Assembly: GCA_030149205.1 (NCBI GenBank)
Contig: JASBSB010000006.1
Coordinates: 60,001-92,000, forward strand
Source of the DNA: Candidatus Heimdallarchaeota archaeon
GTDB lineage: Archaea; Asgardarchaeota; Heimdallarchaeia; Heimdallarchaeales; Kariarchaeaceae
DNA length: 32,000 bases
Reading direction: 5' to 3'
The first letter of the stretch is position 1; each line of letters starts with the position of its first letter. The translations under genes were made by a program, and so were the position numbers. The notes under the pieces were generated by a model. It ran no database searches and was not told the origin of the DNA. It saw nothing but the letters and a program-made list of their open reading frames with translations. Positions 17,525 to 26,879 of the stretch are shown here, piece after piece.

Positions 17525-19505
17525 GCTCGTAGAGAGTTTTGTAATCCAAAACCATACGATGAGAGGAAAATTTTGGACCAACACTCTCTATTGAGTTTCT
17601 CATTCTTTGAATCCAATTTTCTGGTAGACCTGATTCATTTAACTCATAATATTCAGGAATCACTTTATGTTCTAAAATTTTAAGGAGTGAATCCCAATCC
17701 TGTTGATCTTGTTCTGGAGGACTTAAAGCAGGATCATATTTTCCAATCACCCAGCCATTTTTTTCATTGAATGCTTCGGGCCACCAGCCGTCATAGGTTG
17801 AAAGGTTCAAAACACCATTAATTGATGCTTTCATACCGCTTGTTCCAGATGCCTCACGAGGGACTCTCGGAGTATTTAACCATACATCTACTCCACTGAC
17901 TAAATGTTTTGCTGTTGTCATATCATAATCTGGAACGAATGCTACTCTCCCTAAAAATTCTGGATCCTTTGCGTGATCATAAACCATTTGTAATAGAGCT
18001 TGACCCTCTCTGTCTGCAGGATGAGGTTTTCCTGAGAAAACGATCTGAATTGGTCTGGTTGGATGGGTTACTAATTTTTTAATTCTCTCAATATTCTCGA
18101 AAATAAGTGTAGAACGTTTGTATGTTGCAAATCGTCTTGCAAACCCAATTGTCAATATTTTTGGGTCAAATAATATCCCATAGGGAAGTAGGTTCTCAGG
18201 GTTAATTTCCCTATCTATTTTGGTTGTTACCCTTCTTTTGAAAAATTCCATCATCTCAATTTTTGCCAGATAATGGGTTTCCCAAAGCTTATGGTTGGAT
18301 ATTTTAAATGTATTCCAACTCTCAGGTTTGACATATTCATGTGGATCAATTTGGTCTAAATTTAACAGATGTGCAAGTTCTGTGTTCAAAAACGTTTGAA
18401 TATGTACGCCATTAGTTACAGGTACAATTTTCAAATTTTCTTTTATTAGAAAATCAGTCCAAAGTCTGTTCAATGCGGTCGCGTTCAGCTTACTCACCCC
18501 ATTGACTGTCTTTGCAAGTTTCATGCCTAGAACGGTCATGTTAAATCCCTCTCCATAACCCAAATCATGTACGCCTAATCCCCTAATATCAGAGAACTCT
18601 AAGGGAGATCCTTGGAAATACTTCTTAAATAAAGAATCAACCATATTCGGGTCGAAGACATCATGTCCTGCAGGTACAGGTGTGTGCGTGGTAAATAAAA
18701 TTTTTGATTTTAGGTTTTTGAAAGCTTCTTCTTTTGTTTGGTGTGATTTTATTAGGTGCTTCCATAAAGCGATTCCCCCGAAAGCCGCATGTCCTTCATT
18801 AAAATGATAAACATCAAATTCTAAATCAAGCATATTTATTAGTTCAATGCTTCCAACACCTAGAATATATTCTTGGTGAAGTCTTGTGTTTATATCACCA
18901 CCATAGAGCTGACTTGTTATTGTTCGCTGTTCGTCGGAGTTTTGTTTCAAGTTTGTATCTAATAAATATAAATTCACAGAACCCACTTTAACTAACCAGA
19001 CTGCAATGTAAATTTCAGAACTATAATATGGCAGTTGTAGTATAATTGGAACACCATTAGAATCAGTAACCCGTTGAGTAGGGATAATATCTAAATCTAG
19101 ATTTTGAGATTCTACTTTTTGTTCTCCATTATCATTGACAACTTGATGAAAATAGCCATCTTTGTATAGGAGACCAAAAGCTGTAACATCAACACCTAAG
19201 TCAGAAGAAGCCTTAAGATGATCCCCCGCTAGTACACCTAACCCACCAGAATAAATTGGAAGACTATCATGAATGGCATACTCCATACAAAGGTAAGCAA
19301 TTCGTTTCCCACTTGGTTTAATTCTGACTTTTTGAACATTCAATTCAGATAAATCAAAATTTGTAACTCTTACAAATTCAACAGGATTATGATTTACTTC
19401 TTCCCAGACCTGGGGGTTGGTCTTTTCGAAAATATCCTTTGTCTTGAAATCCCATGACCAGAAATAATTTTCCAAAATACTAAGTTGTTTTTCGAGCTGC
19501 AACAT
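17520..19505 (-). CDS. glgP: Alpha-glucan (glycogen/maltodextrin) phosphorylase, GT35
   Basis: AYLCMEY, LPIYSGGLGVLAGDHLK, HFNEGHAAF, FTTHTPVPAGHD, GFARRFATYKR, GVDVWLNTP and PLP-lysine motif EASGTSGMKA. Confidence 0.95.
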   Translation of the reverse strand: MLQLEKQLSILENYFWSWDFKTKDIFEKTNPQVWEEVNHNPVEFVRVTNFDLSELNVQKVRIKPSGKRIAYLCMEYAIHDSLPIYSGGLGVLAGDHLKASSDLGVDVTAFGLLYKDGYFHQVVNDNGEQKVESQNLDLDIIPTQRVTDSNGVPIILQLPYYSSEIYIAVWLVKVGSVNLYLLDTNLKQNSDEQRTITSQLYGGDINTRLHQEYILGVGSIELINMLDLEFDVYHFNEGHAAFGGIALWKHLIKSHQTKEEAFKNLKSKILFTTHTPVPAGHDVFDPNMVDSLFKKYFQGSPLEFSDIRGLGVHDLGYGEGFNMTVLGMKLAKTVNGVSKLNATALNRLWTDFLIKENLKIVPVTNGVHIQTFLNTELAHLLNLDQIDPHEYVKPESWNTFKISNHKLWETHYLAKIEMMEFFKRRVTTKIDREINPENLLPYGILFDPKILTIGFARRFATYKRSTLIFENIERIKKLVTHPTRPIQIVFSGKPHPADREGQALLQMVYDHAKDPEFLGRVAFVPDYDMTTAKHLVSGVDVWLNTPRVPREASGTSGMKASINGVLNLSTYDGWWPEAFNEKNGWVIGKYDPALSPPEQDQQDWDSLLKILEHKVIPEYYELNESGLPENWIQRMRNSIESVGPKFSSHRMVLDYKTLYEL

Positions 19506-19537
19506 GTTTTTTTTTATCTAACTTATTATAAATTCTC

Positions 19538-19550
19538 TGAACAATTTCCA
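19538..19550. promoter_or_regulatory. Candidate sugar-regulon operator (TGGAAATTGTTCA on minus strand) upstream of glgP
   Basis: One mismatch to consensus; lies 4 nt upstream of TATA-like TTTATAAT (19533-19526). Confidence 0.55.
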
Positions 19551-19583
19551 TGCATAATCAATGTTTATAAAAAAATATGTTAA

Positions 19584-20918
19584 TTATTGGGCTTCGATAG
19601 AATTATTTAGGAGGATTTCCTCCTCTCTTCTCATAGATTCGGATTCCAAGGCCTTTAACCTCATGAATAAGTATGAAATGATAACAATGAAAATTAGAGA
19701 AATTCCAGTCAAAATTAGTAGATTACTAATGGTGTAATAAAGAATCAAGGTAGTCACTACTACAGCACCACCAGCTTGGGCTAAAGAGAAACCTGTATTC
19801 ATAAACGCACTTACTTTTCCAAGTTTTTTGTTATCAATCAATGTCTGAAACAGAGAGCTAATTGGGATGTTAATCAACACATTTACTGAACCTATTAAGG
19901 TCATTGAAAGATAGAGCCAAAAGACAGGATATTGTAAACTAGGAGCGAAACCCAGCAGAACTATTGAGACGCTAATGAAGAACAAACCTAAAATAATAAT
20001 AGTTAGTTTATGTTTCACGTGCCCAATTAAAGAAAAAATAATTGCTGTAACAATACCGATCAGTGCAGTATAACTTAATAAATATCCAAATGCCTGAGCG
20101 TTTAATTTAAAACTAACTTCAAGATAAAATGCAAGGACAGGATTGATCATTCCAATTGCAATTGAAGAAAACAGGAATGTTATTAAAACAAACAGAATCA
20201 CCCGGTCATTCTTAATAGCTTGAAATCCTACATTTAGGTCTCTCACAACTATTCTAGCGCTAAGCTTATCCTCAGATTTAGTTGGTTTAAGATTTCTTTT
20301 AATAAAAAGTAAAATGAAAGCAGACAAAAGATAGGAAATTGCATCTATAAGAAAAGCATATTTGAGCCCGACCAGTCCAATAGTTGTACCTGCCAATGCT
20401 GGGCCTATAAAACTGGAAACTTGTAACTCAGTCTGTAAGACACTGTTTGCTCTGACTATTTGATCAGTTTCTACAAGTTGGGGTATTGACGCTCCTTTTG
20501 CTGGTGAGAAAAAAAGATATATAGTTGACCCGATGAATACAACACTGTAAATTAAAACTAACGTATGAACAAAAAACAGGACAAGAACACTTAATCCTGA
20601 GAACAACTCAGAAATTATCAAAATTTTTTTCCGATCATATCTATCTACAAATACTCCAGCAAAAGGTCCAATAAATATTGTAGGTATTAATCTAAAAATT
20701 GTCACCAAAGCAACAGCCTGTGCAGAAAATTCCTGAGAAATTGGTAATGTTATATCTAAGACTAAAAACAATGATGCAATGAAAGTAAATGAGGAACCAA
20801 TGTCTGAAACTAATCCTGACAAAGCTAGTATGATAAAATCCCCGTTATTCTTTAAATTATTGACAGGTTCAACTTCAGGTGGTATTGGGTAAAGTGAATC
20901 ACTCACAACTAAATTCAA
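19584..20918 (-). CDS. MFS transporter, DHA3/macrolide-efflux-like
   Basis: About 12 hydrophobic segments; motif A GPFAGVFVDRYDRKKIL, VRANS..Q, GPALAG. Start codon uncertain (TTG 20918). Confidence 0.88.
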   Translation of the reverse strand: MNLVVSDSLYPIPPEVEPVNNLKNNGDFIILALSGLVSDIGSSFTFIASLFLVLDITLPISQEFSAQAVALVTIFRLIPTIFIGPFAGVFVDRYDRKKILIISELFSGLSVLVLFFVHTLVLIYSVVFIGSTIYLFFSPAKGASIPQLVETDQIVRANSVLQTELQVSSFIGPALAGTTIGLVGLKYAFLIDAISYLLSAFILLFIKRNLKPTKSEDKLSARIVVRDLNVGFQAIKNDRVILFVLITFLFSSIAIGMINPVLAFYLEVSFKLNAQAFGYLLSYTALIGIVTAIIFSLIGHVKHKLTIIILGLFFISVSIVLLGFAPSLQYPVFWLYLSMTLIGSVNVLINIPISSLFQTLIDNKKLGKVSAFMNTGFSLAQAGGAVVVTTLILYYTISNLLILTGISLIFIVIISYLFMRLKALESESMRREEEILLNNSIEAQ

Positions 20919-20930
20919 AATTTGAATTTA
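20910..20930. repeat. Perfect inverted repeat TAAATTCAAA-A-TTTGAATTTA over the MFS start
   Basis: 10-bp arms with a 1-nt spacer, read directly from the sequence. Confidence 0.6.
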
Positions 20931-21071
20931 TTAACTTTTTGAATGTACCTTATATATCTACCAAGTTTTATTTTTTATCACGTATTATTGTAGCTTAACA
21001 CAGGTCCTGTAAGTTTAGATAAAAAATATGAATACTCTGTAGAATTATTTAGAATTTTACATTCTTTACAA

Positions 21072-23681
21072 CTAATGTTCAAGTTTAATTTCTGGAATAA
21101 CCTTCTTTAGCCATTTTGGTAACCACCAATTCCACTTTCCTGCTAATCTCATTGCAGCGGGTAAGATGATAACTCTTGAAATTGTTGCATCCACAAGAAT
21201 TGCAACCGCCATAGCAAGTCCCATTGTCTTTAGGATTAAAATTGGTGAAAGAGCAAATACAGCAAACGTTGCAATCATAATCGTTGCTGCACTTGTGATA
21301 ACACCTGCGGTCTTTGATATACCAACACTCACAGATTTAATATCCATCTCATGTTGTGATAACTTTCCTTCTTTCCTTTCTTTGTCAACCTCTTCTTTGA
21401 TTCTACTTATTATGAAGATGGAATAATCCATCCCTAATCCTAGAATTGTTGTAAATAGGAATATTGGGATAAAGAAAGATACACCGGATTTTTCTGCCCC
21501 AATAAGAGAAACAAAGTTTCCATCCTGAAACACAAAAACCAAGGTCCCAAGACCAAAGAGAATTGACCCTGCAATTGTAACTATTGCCTTAATTGGTAAA
21601 ATAACACTTCTAAAGAGGATCATGAGCGCGAAGAAGATTGCAATTACTGCAAAGCTAAGCATCTTAGGGACATCATTGTATAAACTGTTTTTACTGTCCA
21701 ATAGAGACGCACTTGCACCGGTAACGTAAACACCTTTCACACCACTTAAATTATCAAACAATTTGTGTGCCTCAGTTCGTAGATATCCAACAAGTTCCCA
21801 GGCACCACCCGATCCAAAATCCAGATTTGTTGTAAAATCTATGATAGAAACGTTAGCTCCATATTTAAAATTGACCAAATTTTGTGTGTTCTTTAAGTAT
21901 GAAAGCTTCTGAATATTCGGAATTTGAATGAAAGAACCATTTGGAAGCTGTTTAGGGACATAGTCAGGACTTTTTAAGATGTTTTGAACTGTTGCCAAGG
22001 AAAACTCTTGAAGATTTCTGCTATTTGGGACGGTAAATACATTTATCGCATTAACTGTTGAGAAATTAAGGTACACATTTTGAAATTTCCGTTTTTGATT
22101 AAACTGCATCGCCCACTGAGCCAACTCAGTTGTCTTGTTAAAGATGTCTGCATTAAAAACACCATTTTGGCTGCTCGTTTGTATAACCACCCGAATAGGA
22201 GTTAGGGAACCTAAGTCGAACTTTTGAAGTATCAGTTCTGTTCCTAATCGAGATTCTGAATTTTTAGGAAGGTTTTGAATGCTATCAAATGACAAGTCTG
22301 TCTGAAACGACAAGGACACGAAAGGGGCAAAAATTAGAAGAGCTAACACTAGATAAGTAACTGGTAGTTTCATTACACCCTTTGCCCAAGAACCCCAAAA
22401 CGTTCTTTTTTGAATTCCTGTCCTTCTCGAGTTCTCAATCTCTTTCACATCTTTGTTATGACCTGTTGCTACCGCTGGCCAATCAAGAAATCTTCCCCAA
22501 AGGCTAAGAAGAGCAGGTGTAAGGCTATTTGCGGACAAAATAGACAACACAACGACTATGCTCACACCTATTGCCATAGACTGAGTTAAGGAAGAATTAA
22601 CAAGGGCTAACGCTGCAAATCCAATTATTACTGTAATACCAGAGAAAGTAACTGCATGACCAGACGTTCTAGCCATTATGGTTGCAGATATTTGCTCAGT
22701 CTCTTTTCTTGTGAAACTATTCCAAGTCCCATTGTGTGTGTGTTCTGCTTTTCTTCGACGATACTCTTCTCTATACCGAACGATTGAAAACAGATTGTAA
22801 TCTACAGCTATAGCAATACCTATCATAGCTATTATGCTAGGTAAGAAATCACTAACCTGTACTAACCCAGCGTTTGATAAGAGGTACGTTCCTAAATAAG
22901 CACCAAATAAACTCCCTAATAAGGCAACCAGTGGAATAGCCACACCCATTGGGGATCTGAAAACGAGGGCAAGTATTATTACTACCACAATCAACGAAAT
23001 TATTTCAGACTGTCTGAATGCTTGTTCACTGTTGTGTGAAATATCATAGAAATTAGGTTTATCTCCAGTTAGATAAAAATTTATTCTCTTTACTTGATCA
23101 AGGGTAATAACTTTGGAGGATGTCAATTTTGCCTTATCATTTATGTAATTTGTAAAAGCGGAGGAATTCTTAATTATCTGTCTCATTAATTCAATTTCGT
23201 GGTTTGAGATGTCGTTAACTGTTCGATTTTTGGATGAGATAGAAATTAATGTTGTATGACGATCCTTTGAAACCAATGATAATGCAAATTCTCCTGCACC
23301 CGCCAGTTTTAATATAGGATATGAAATTATTGAATCATATTTGAGACTGTTGTTATTGAAACTAGAGTTAAGATACATGGTGTAATAAAGCAACCAATTT
23401 GTATATTGTGGAGCTGTAAAGTTTGCTGAATTTCCTGTTATCACTAAGGTGTCTGTTGTTCCACTAGAGTTTAAATGAAATGACTCCTTGATTATTGTAG
23501 AACCAATCCCACTCTCAGATTTAGATTCAGTGAACGTCCTTTGGTTGCTAATCGCAGAGTTTAGCAATACTGGTGCATTTACTGCAATAGTAAGACTTAT
23601 GAAAATCAACCAAATTAGGAGAACCCACTTTGGATGTTTTGACACCCAGTTAAGGTTGGATTTCCTTTTCAGTATCGACAT
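21072..23681 (-). CDS. MMPL/RND-superfamily membrane transporter (probable lipid exporter)
   Basis: Two MMPL repeats: GIAIAVDYNLF..RYREE and ILGLGMDYSIF..SRIKEE, ITSAATIMIATF, WNWWLPKW end. ATG 23681 preferred over 23759 because TTTATATA (23710-23703) lies about 22 nt upstream of it. Confidence 0.9.
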   Translation of the reverse strand: MSILKRKSNLNWVSKHPKWVLLIWLIFISLTIAVNAPVLLNSAISNQRTFTESKSESGIGSTIIKESFHLNSSGTTDTLVITGNSANFTAPQYTNWLLYYTMYLNSSFNNNSLKYDSIISYPILKLAGAGEFALSLVSKDRHTTLISISSKNRTVNDISNHEIELMRQIIKNSSAFTNYINDKAKLTSSKVITLDQVKRINFYLTGDKPNFYDISHNSEQAFRQSEIISLIVVVIILALVFRSPMGVAIPLVALLGSLFGAYLGTYLLSNAGLVQVSDFLPSIIAMIGIAIAVDYNLFSIVRYREEYRRRKAEHTHNGTWNSFTRKETEQISATIMARTSGHAVTFSGITVIIGFAALALVNSSLTQSMAIGVSIVVVLSILSANSLTPALLSLWGRFLDWPAVATGHNKDVKEIENSRRTGIQKRTFWGSWAKGVMKLPVTYLVLALLIFAPFVSLSFQTDLSFDSIQNLPKNSESRLGTELILQKFDLGSLTPIRVVIQTSSQNGVFNADIFNKTTELAQWAMQFNQKRKFQNVYLNFSTVNAINVFTVPNSRNLQEFSLATVQNILKSPDYVPKQLPNGSFIQIPNIQKLSYLKNTQNLVNFKYGANVSIIDFTTNLDFGSGGAWELVGYLRTEAHKLFDNLSGVKGVYVTGASASLLDSKNSLYNDVPKMLSFAVIAIFFALMILFRSVILPIKAIVTIAGSILFGLGTLVFVFQDGNFVSLIGAEKSGVSFFIPIFLFTTILGLGMDYSIFIISRIKEEVDKERKEGKLSQHEMDIKSVSVGISKTAGVITSAATIMIATFAVFALSPILILKTMGLAMAVAILVDATISRVIILPAAMRLAGKWNWWLPKWLKKVIPEIKLEH

Positions 23682-23684
23682 ACA

Positions 23685-23700
23685 TTCGCTAAGTTGCGAA
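23685..23700. promoter_or_regulatory. Operator candidate TTCGC-TAAGTT-GCGAA between TATA box and MMPL start
   Basis: Inverted repeat with the same arms and spacing as 23814-23829. Confidence 0.7.
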
Positions 23701-23702
23701 AG

Positions 23703-23710
23703 TATATAAA
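23703..23710 (-). promoter_or_regulatory. TATA box of the MMPL gene
   Basis: TTTATATA on the minus strand, 22-29 nt upstream of ATG 23681. Confidence 0.6.
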
Positions 23711-23813
23711 GAGTAAGTTTTTGCACAGATATAAATATAAATATGCATAAACTTAACATTAACGAGTAGAAAAACTATATAATTAAATAATTATTCAAGA
23801 GAACAAATATATT

Positions 23814-23829
23814 TTCGCATTAATGCGAA
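23814..23829. promoter_or_regulatory. Operator candidate TTCGC-ATTAAT-GCGAA (perfect 16-bp palindrome)
   Basis: Perfect palindrome in the divergent MMPL/regulator intergenic region. Confidence 0.7.
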
Positions 23830-23853
23830 TTTAATTAATGCTAAACAAAAGTA

Positions 23854-23863
23854 TTTATATAAA
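23854..23863. promoter_or_regulatory. Palindromic TATA box TTTATATAAA upstream of the regulator
   Basis: 18-27 nt upstream of GTG 23881; A-rich BRE-like CAAAAG just upstream. Confidence 0.55.
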
Positions 23864-23880
23864 TGTAGGCTCGGTACTGT

Positions 23881-24846
23881 GTGATCAATAGATTACATCA
23901 TGATTCTCAGAGCAAAAATACAATTTCTGCATTTAGTGATGCATGGAAATCTCCATTTAAAGGACTTAAATTCCAGTTTTTAGAGTATGAAATATTGAAG
24001 CTAATCATGTATGGAGGCATAAATGAAGTAAGTGAAATAATTTCAATTGTTGAAGGTGAGTTTCAGGATATTAAAAAATCTAAATCACAATTGTATCGGA
24101 TCATTGAAAATTTAGAAACTGAAGGATTGATTTCATCAGAAAAATTGGGAAAGGAAAAAGTACTCAAGATAGAAAATAAAGGAATTCAAGAGTTAGGAAA
24201 TTTATCTAGGTATGTTTTGATTTCTTTGAGAGAAATCCTAATAGATGAAGGAATATGGAATGATATCTATGAAAAAGTTTTGCCTCAAACAGGGTGTCTA
24301 AGAGTAGATAACATTGCCTATTTAGGCCCACAAGCTCACGGTATTGTTCAATTACTTGACAGTTGTAGATATTGTGAATCTCCTAGATATCCCAACGATG
24401 ATTTACCAACCAGTCCAATATTCTTTCAATTACCTTATTCTGACACCACCCTGTCTCTAACAGAGAAAGATAAAATCACAATAATACAAAATCAAAAAAT
24501 CGACGACCTCATGTTGAAAACCAATAGTTTGGATATTGTTCTATCGTTTACCCTTATTTCCAAGTTTAAGGAACGTTCTTTTGAAGAGTTGAAGAGAATT
24601 GTTAAGCCAGAAGGCTTTTTAATATTTGTTGAACCTGTTAAAACAACACCACATGTTGTAATTATGATGTATAATCAGATTCTTATGGCGAATTCATTTG
24701 AGACCTCAGAATTTTGGAGGATAGACACCTTAGATAATACCCTTCCTTCAGTAGAGGAGCTTGAAAACCTATTAATGAATGAATTTACGAAGGTTACAAA
24801 GATAAAAGATTCCTTGTTATCTATTTTTGTCTGTCAAATCACCTAA
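23881..24846 (+). CDS. Winged-helix (PadR/MarR-like) transcriptional regulator fused to a methyltransferase-fold domain
   Basis: EYEILKLI...SKSQLYRIIENLETEGLISSEK...LKIENKG (wHTH). C-terminal NSLDIVLSF...FEELKRIVKPEGFLIFVEP matches class I MTase motifs; glycine-rich motif I is degenerate. Confidence 0.7.
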   Translation: MINRLHHDSQSKNTISAFSDAWKSPFKGLKFQFLEYEILKLIMYGGINEVSEIISIVEGEFQDIKKSKSQLYRIIENLETEGLISSEKLGKEKVLKIENKGIQELGNLSRYVLISLREILIDEGIWNDIYEKVLPQTGCLRVDNIAYLGPQAHGIVQLLDSCRYCESPRYPNDDLPTSPIFFQLPYSDTTLSLTEKDKITIIQNQKIDDLMLKTNSLDIVLSFTLISKFKERSFEELKRIVKPEGFLIFVEPVKTTPHVVIMMYNQILMANSFETSEFWRIDTLDNTLPSVEELENLLMNEFTKVTKIKDSLLSIFVCQIT

Positions 24847-25553
24847 GGTGAGACTGATCTTAAATAATCTATAAAGCCAATCATATCTGAATTTTTCCAA
24901 TCTAAACCATTATAGATCTTTTGAATACTACCTGCTTGGTCTACTACATACACGAGAAATTGATGTGCCCAGAGGCGATGAGTCATATGTGACATGTTTC
25001 CACCATGATTAGGGGTATACTCTGAAGGAATAGTGCCAGCTGTTTTTGTGGTGGTGGTAGTCTGATTGATTGGAAAGAAAACAAAGTTCCAATCCTTAGT
25101 GATTTTATCAATCTGAGTATGATTTCCAAGTAATACATGAAAGTTACTCGGCAAGTTCAATGTCCCCATTGTCTGATTTACATAATTTCGAACAGTTGTC
25201 AGATTATCATAATAATCGAAATCAATCTCAAAAAATGTTAAATCATTTACCTTAGATTTTTTTTGTAAATCAGTGTATACGTTATTAAGCTTGGTTGTAA
25301 TGACTGAACACCCATCAGGACAACTTGCATAAAAAAATGTGACAAGTCGAATAGTTCCATTACTGGAAGCAAAGTTGACAGGTTTGTTATTGATATCCTG
25401 GAGTGTGAAATCCTTAGGCTTCCACAGAAACTGTCTTGGGTCATTGGCTTTTGTAACATCTGCCCATAAGAAACCAGCAGCAACTATCCCCCCTAGAATG
25501 ATTAAACCAATAATTGTACCTTTCACCTTAGGGTTTTCAATTGAAAGACTCAT
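24843..25553 (-). CDS. SCO1/SenC family copper chaperone
   Basis: N-terminal TM anchor, FTLQDINNKPV, FFYASCPDGC (CxxxC), HQFLVYVVD (conserved His); stop overlaps the regulator stop by 4 nt. Confidence 0.88.
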   Translation of the reverse strand: MSLSIENPKVKGTIIGLIILGGIVAAGFLWADVTKANDPRQFLWKPKDFTLQDINNKPVNFASSNGTIRLVTFFYASCPDGCSVITTKLNNVYTDLQKKSKVNDLTFFEIDFDYYDNLTTVRNYVNQTMGTLNLPSNFHVLLGNHTQIDKITKDWNFVFFPINQTTTTTKTAGTIPSEYTPNHGGNMSHMTHRLWAHQFLVYVVDQAGSIQKIYNGLDWKNSDMIGFIDYLRSVSP

Positions 25554-25713
25554 TAAATGAAAGCAGCAAATTTGCTTTAAAAATATTTAGCTTTTATCGA
25601 CACTAAATTATTGTTAAAAAAAAAATAAGTATACAAGCAATATATCAAAAATTAATACTGTTGTTAATTGATATGTCAATAATAGATTAAAAAAATTAGC
25701 TTTTTTAACTATT

Positions 25714-26742
25714 TCATGGTTCATTTTTCCATAAAAAGTCAACTAATTCAGCAGTTCTGCTTGCATACCCCCACTCATTATCATACCATGCTAGCACCTT
25801 TAGAAGAGTGTTTTCAACCAACATCATACTAGGAAAATCAATAATTGCACTGTGTGGGTTTGTATTGAAATCCACAGAAACAAGAGACCTCCATTCATAG
25901 TCTAAGATACCTTTCATGTAACCATGTGCTGCATCTTCAAACACTTTCTGAACATGATCTTTAGACTCAGCATCCTTTTTCAGTCTGACTGTTAAATCAA
26001 CAAGTGAGACATTAGGAGTGGGTACTCTAATTGAGATTCCATCCATTTTACCCTCTAAGTGAGGCATTATCACACCTATTGTTTTCGCAGCCCCTGTTGT
26101 TGTTGGGACTATTGACATAGCTGCAGATCGGGATCTTCTGAAGTCTTTGTGCTGAGAATCAAGCAACCGCTGATCATTGGTATAAGAATGAACTGTGCTC
26201 ATAGTGCCATGTTCAATTCCAAATTCATCATCCAAGACCTTACATACTGTAGCCAGACAGTTTGTGGTGCATGATGCGTTGGAAATTAAATAATGTTGTT
26301 TAGGATCATAGATTTGCTGATTTACACCAAGAACTATCGTTGCATCCACACCTTTTCCAGGAGCAGATAGCACTACTCGTTTCGCACCAGCTTCTAAGTG
26401 TTTACTCATCAACTCTCGAGTCCTAAAAAACCCTGTTGACTCAATAACATAATCTACTTCCATCTCCTTCCAAGGAAGTTTACTTGGGTCTTTTTCAGAT
26501 AAAACTGTAAATTCATCACCATCAAAAATCAGGTTATTAGTCTCATTGTGAACTTCAACAGAACCATTAAACCTACCATGTACACTATCAAACTCAAACA
26601 GATGTGCAAGCATGTCTGGTGAACTCAGATCATTGATAGCTACAATGTTTACCGGGAGCTTGTGTTCTAAAAACGCTCGTGTAACCAATCTCCCTATTCT
26701 GCCAAACCCGTTTATTGCGACATTAGGTATATCTCGTGCCAT
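25714..26742 (-). CDS. gap: Class I (bacterial/eukaryote-type) glyceraldehyde-3-phosphate dehydrogenase
   Basis: VAINGFGRIGR, AINDL, SNASCTTNCLA (catalytic Cys), HSYTNDQ, PTTTGAAK, RVPTPNVS and WYDNEWGY. Confidence 0.96.
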   Translation of the reverse strand: MARDIPNVAINGFGRIGRLVTRAFLEHKLPVNIVAINDLSSPDMLAHLFEFDSVHGRFNGSVEVHNETNNLIFDGDEFTVLSEKDPSKLPWKEMEVDYVIESTGFFRTRELMSKHLEAGAKRVVLSAPGKGVDATIVLGVNQQIYDPKQHYLISNASCTTNCLATVCKVLDDEFGIEHGTMSTVHSYTNDQRLLDSQHKDFRRSRSAAMSIVPTTTGAAKTIGVIMPHLEGKMDGISIRVPTPNVSLVDLTVRLKKDAESKDHVQKVFEDAAHGYMKGILDYEWRSLVSVDFNTNPHSAIIDFPSMMLVENTLLKVLAWYDNEWGYASRTAELVDFLWKNEP

Positions 26743-26839
26743 ACTGAGAATACAAATGCTTATGGATATAAAAGTTCTAAGCTACCCACTATTTTGAAAA
26801 TTAAAAAAGATTAAATACAATTATACTAAATGCTGAAAT

Positions 26840-26852
26840 TGAAAAATTGTCA
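26840..26852. promoter_or_regulatory. Candidate sugar-regulon operator (TGAAAAATTGTCA) upstream of gap
   Basis: One mismatch to consensus; TATA-like TTTTATAT at 26773-26766. Confidence 0.55.
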
Positions 26853-26879
26853 ATTAATTATTTATTTTTTATACTAAAT

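Noticed and set aside
17520-19505. Phosphorylase shorter (661 aa) than many ~800-aa family members, possibly truncated
   Set aside because: All catalytic and PLP motifs are present and it ends at the conserved RMVLDY helix; no frameshifted continuation was seen.
4563-23681. HpnB-like GT2 plus MMPL (HpnN-like) as a hopanoid pathway
   Set aside because: About 15 kb apart, no squalene or cyclase genes, and no shared regulatory motif.
23682-23759. Longer N-termini from the ORF track (MMPL 23759; also apu 9809, SBP2 17401, trm5 2265)
   Set aside because: TATA or SD placement and signal-peptide starts favour the downstream ATGs; the MMPL extension would run through its own TATA box and operator.
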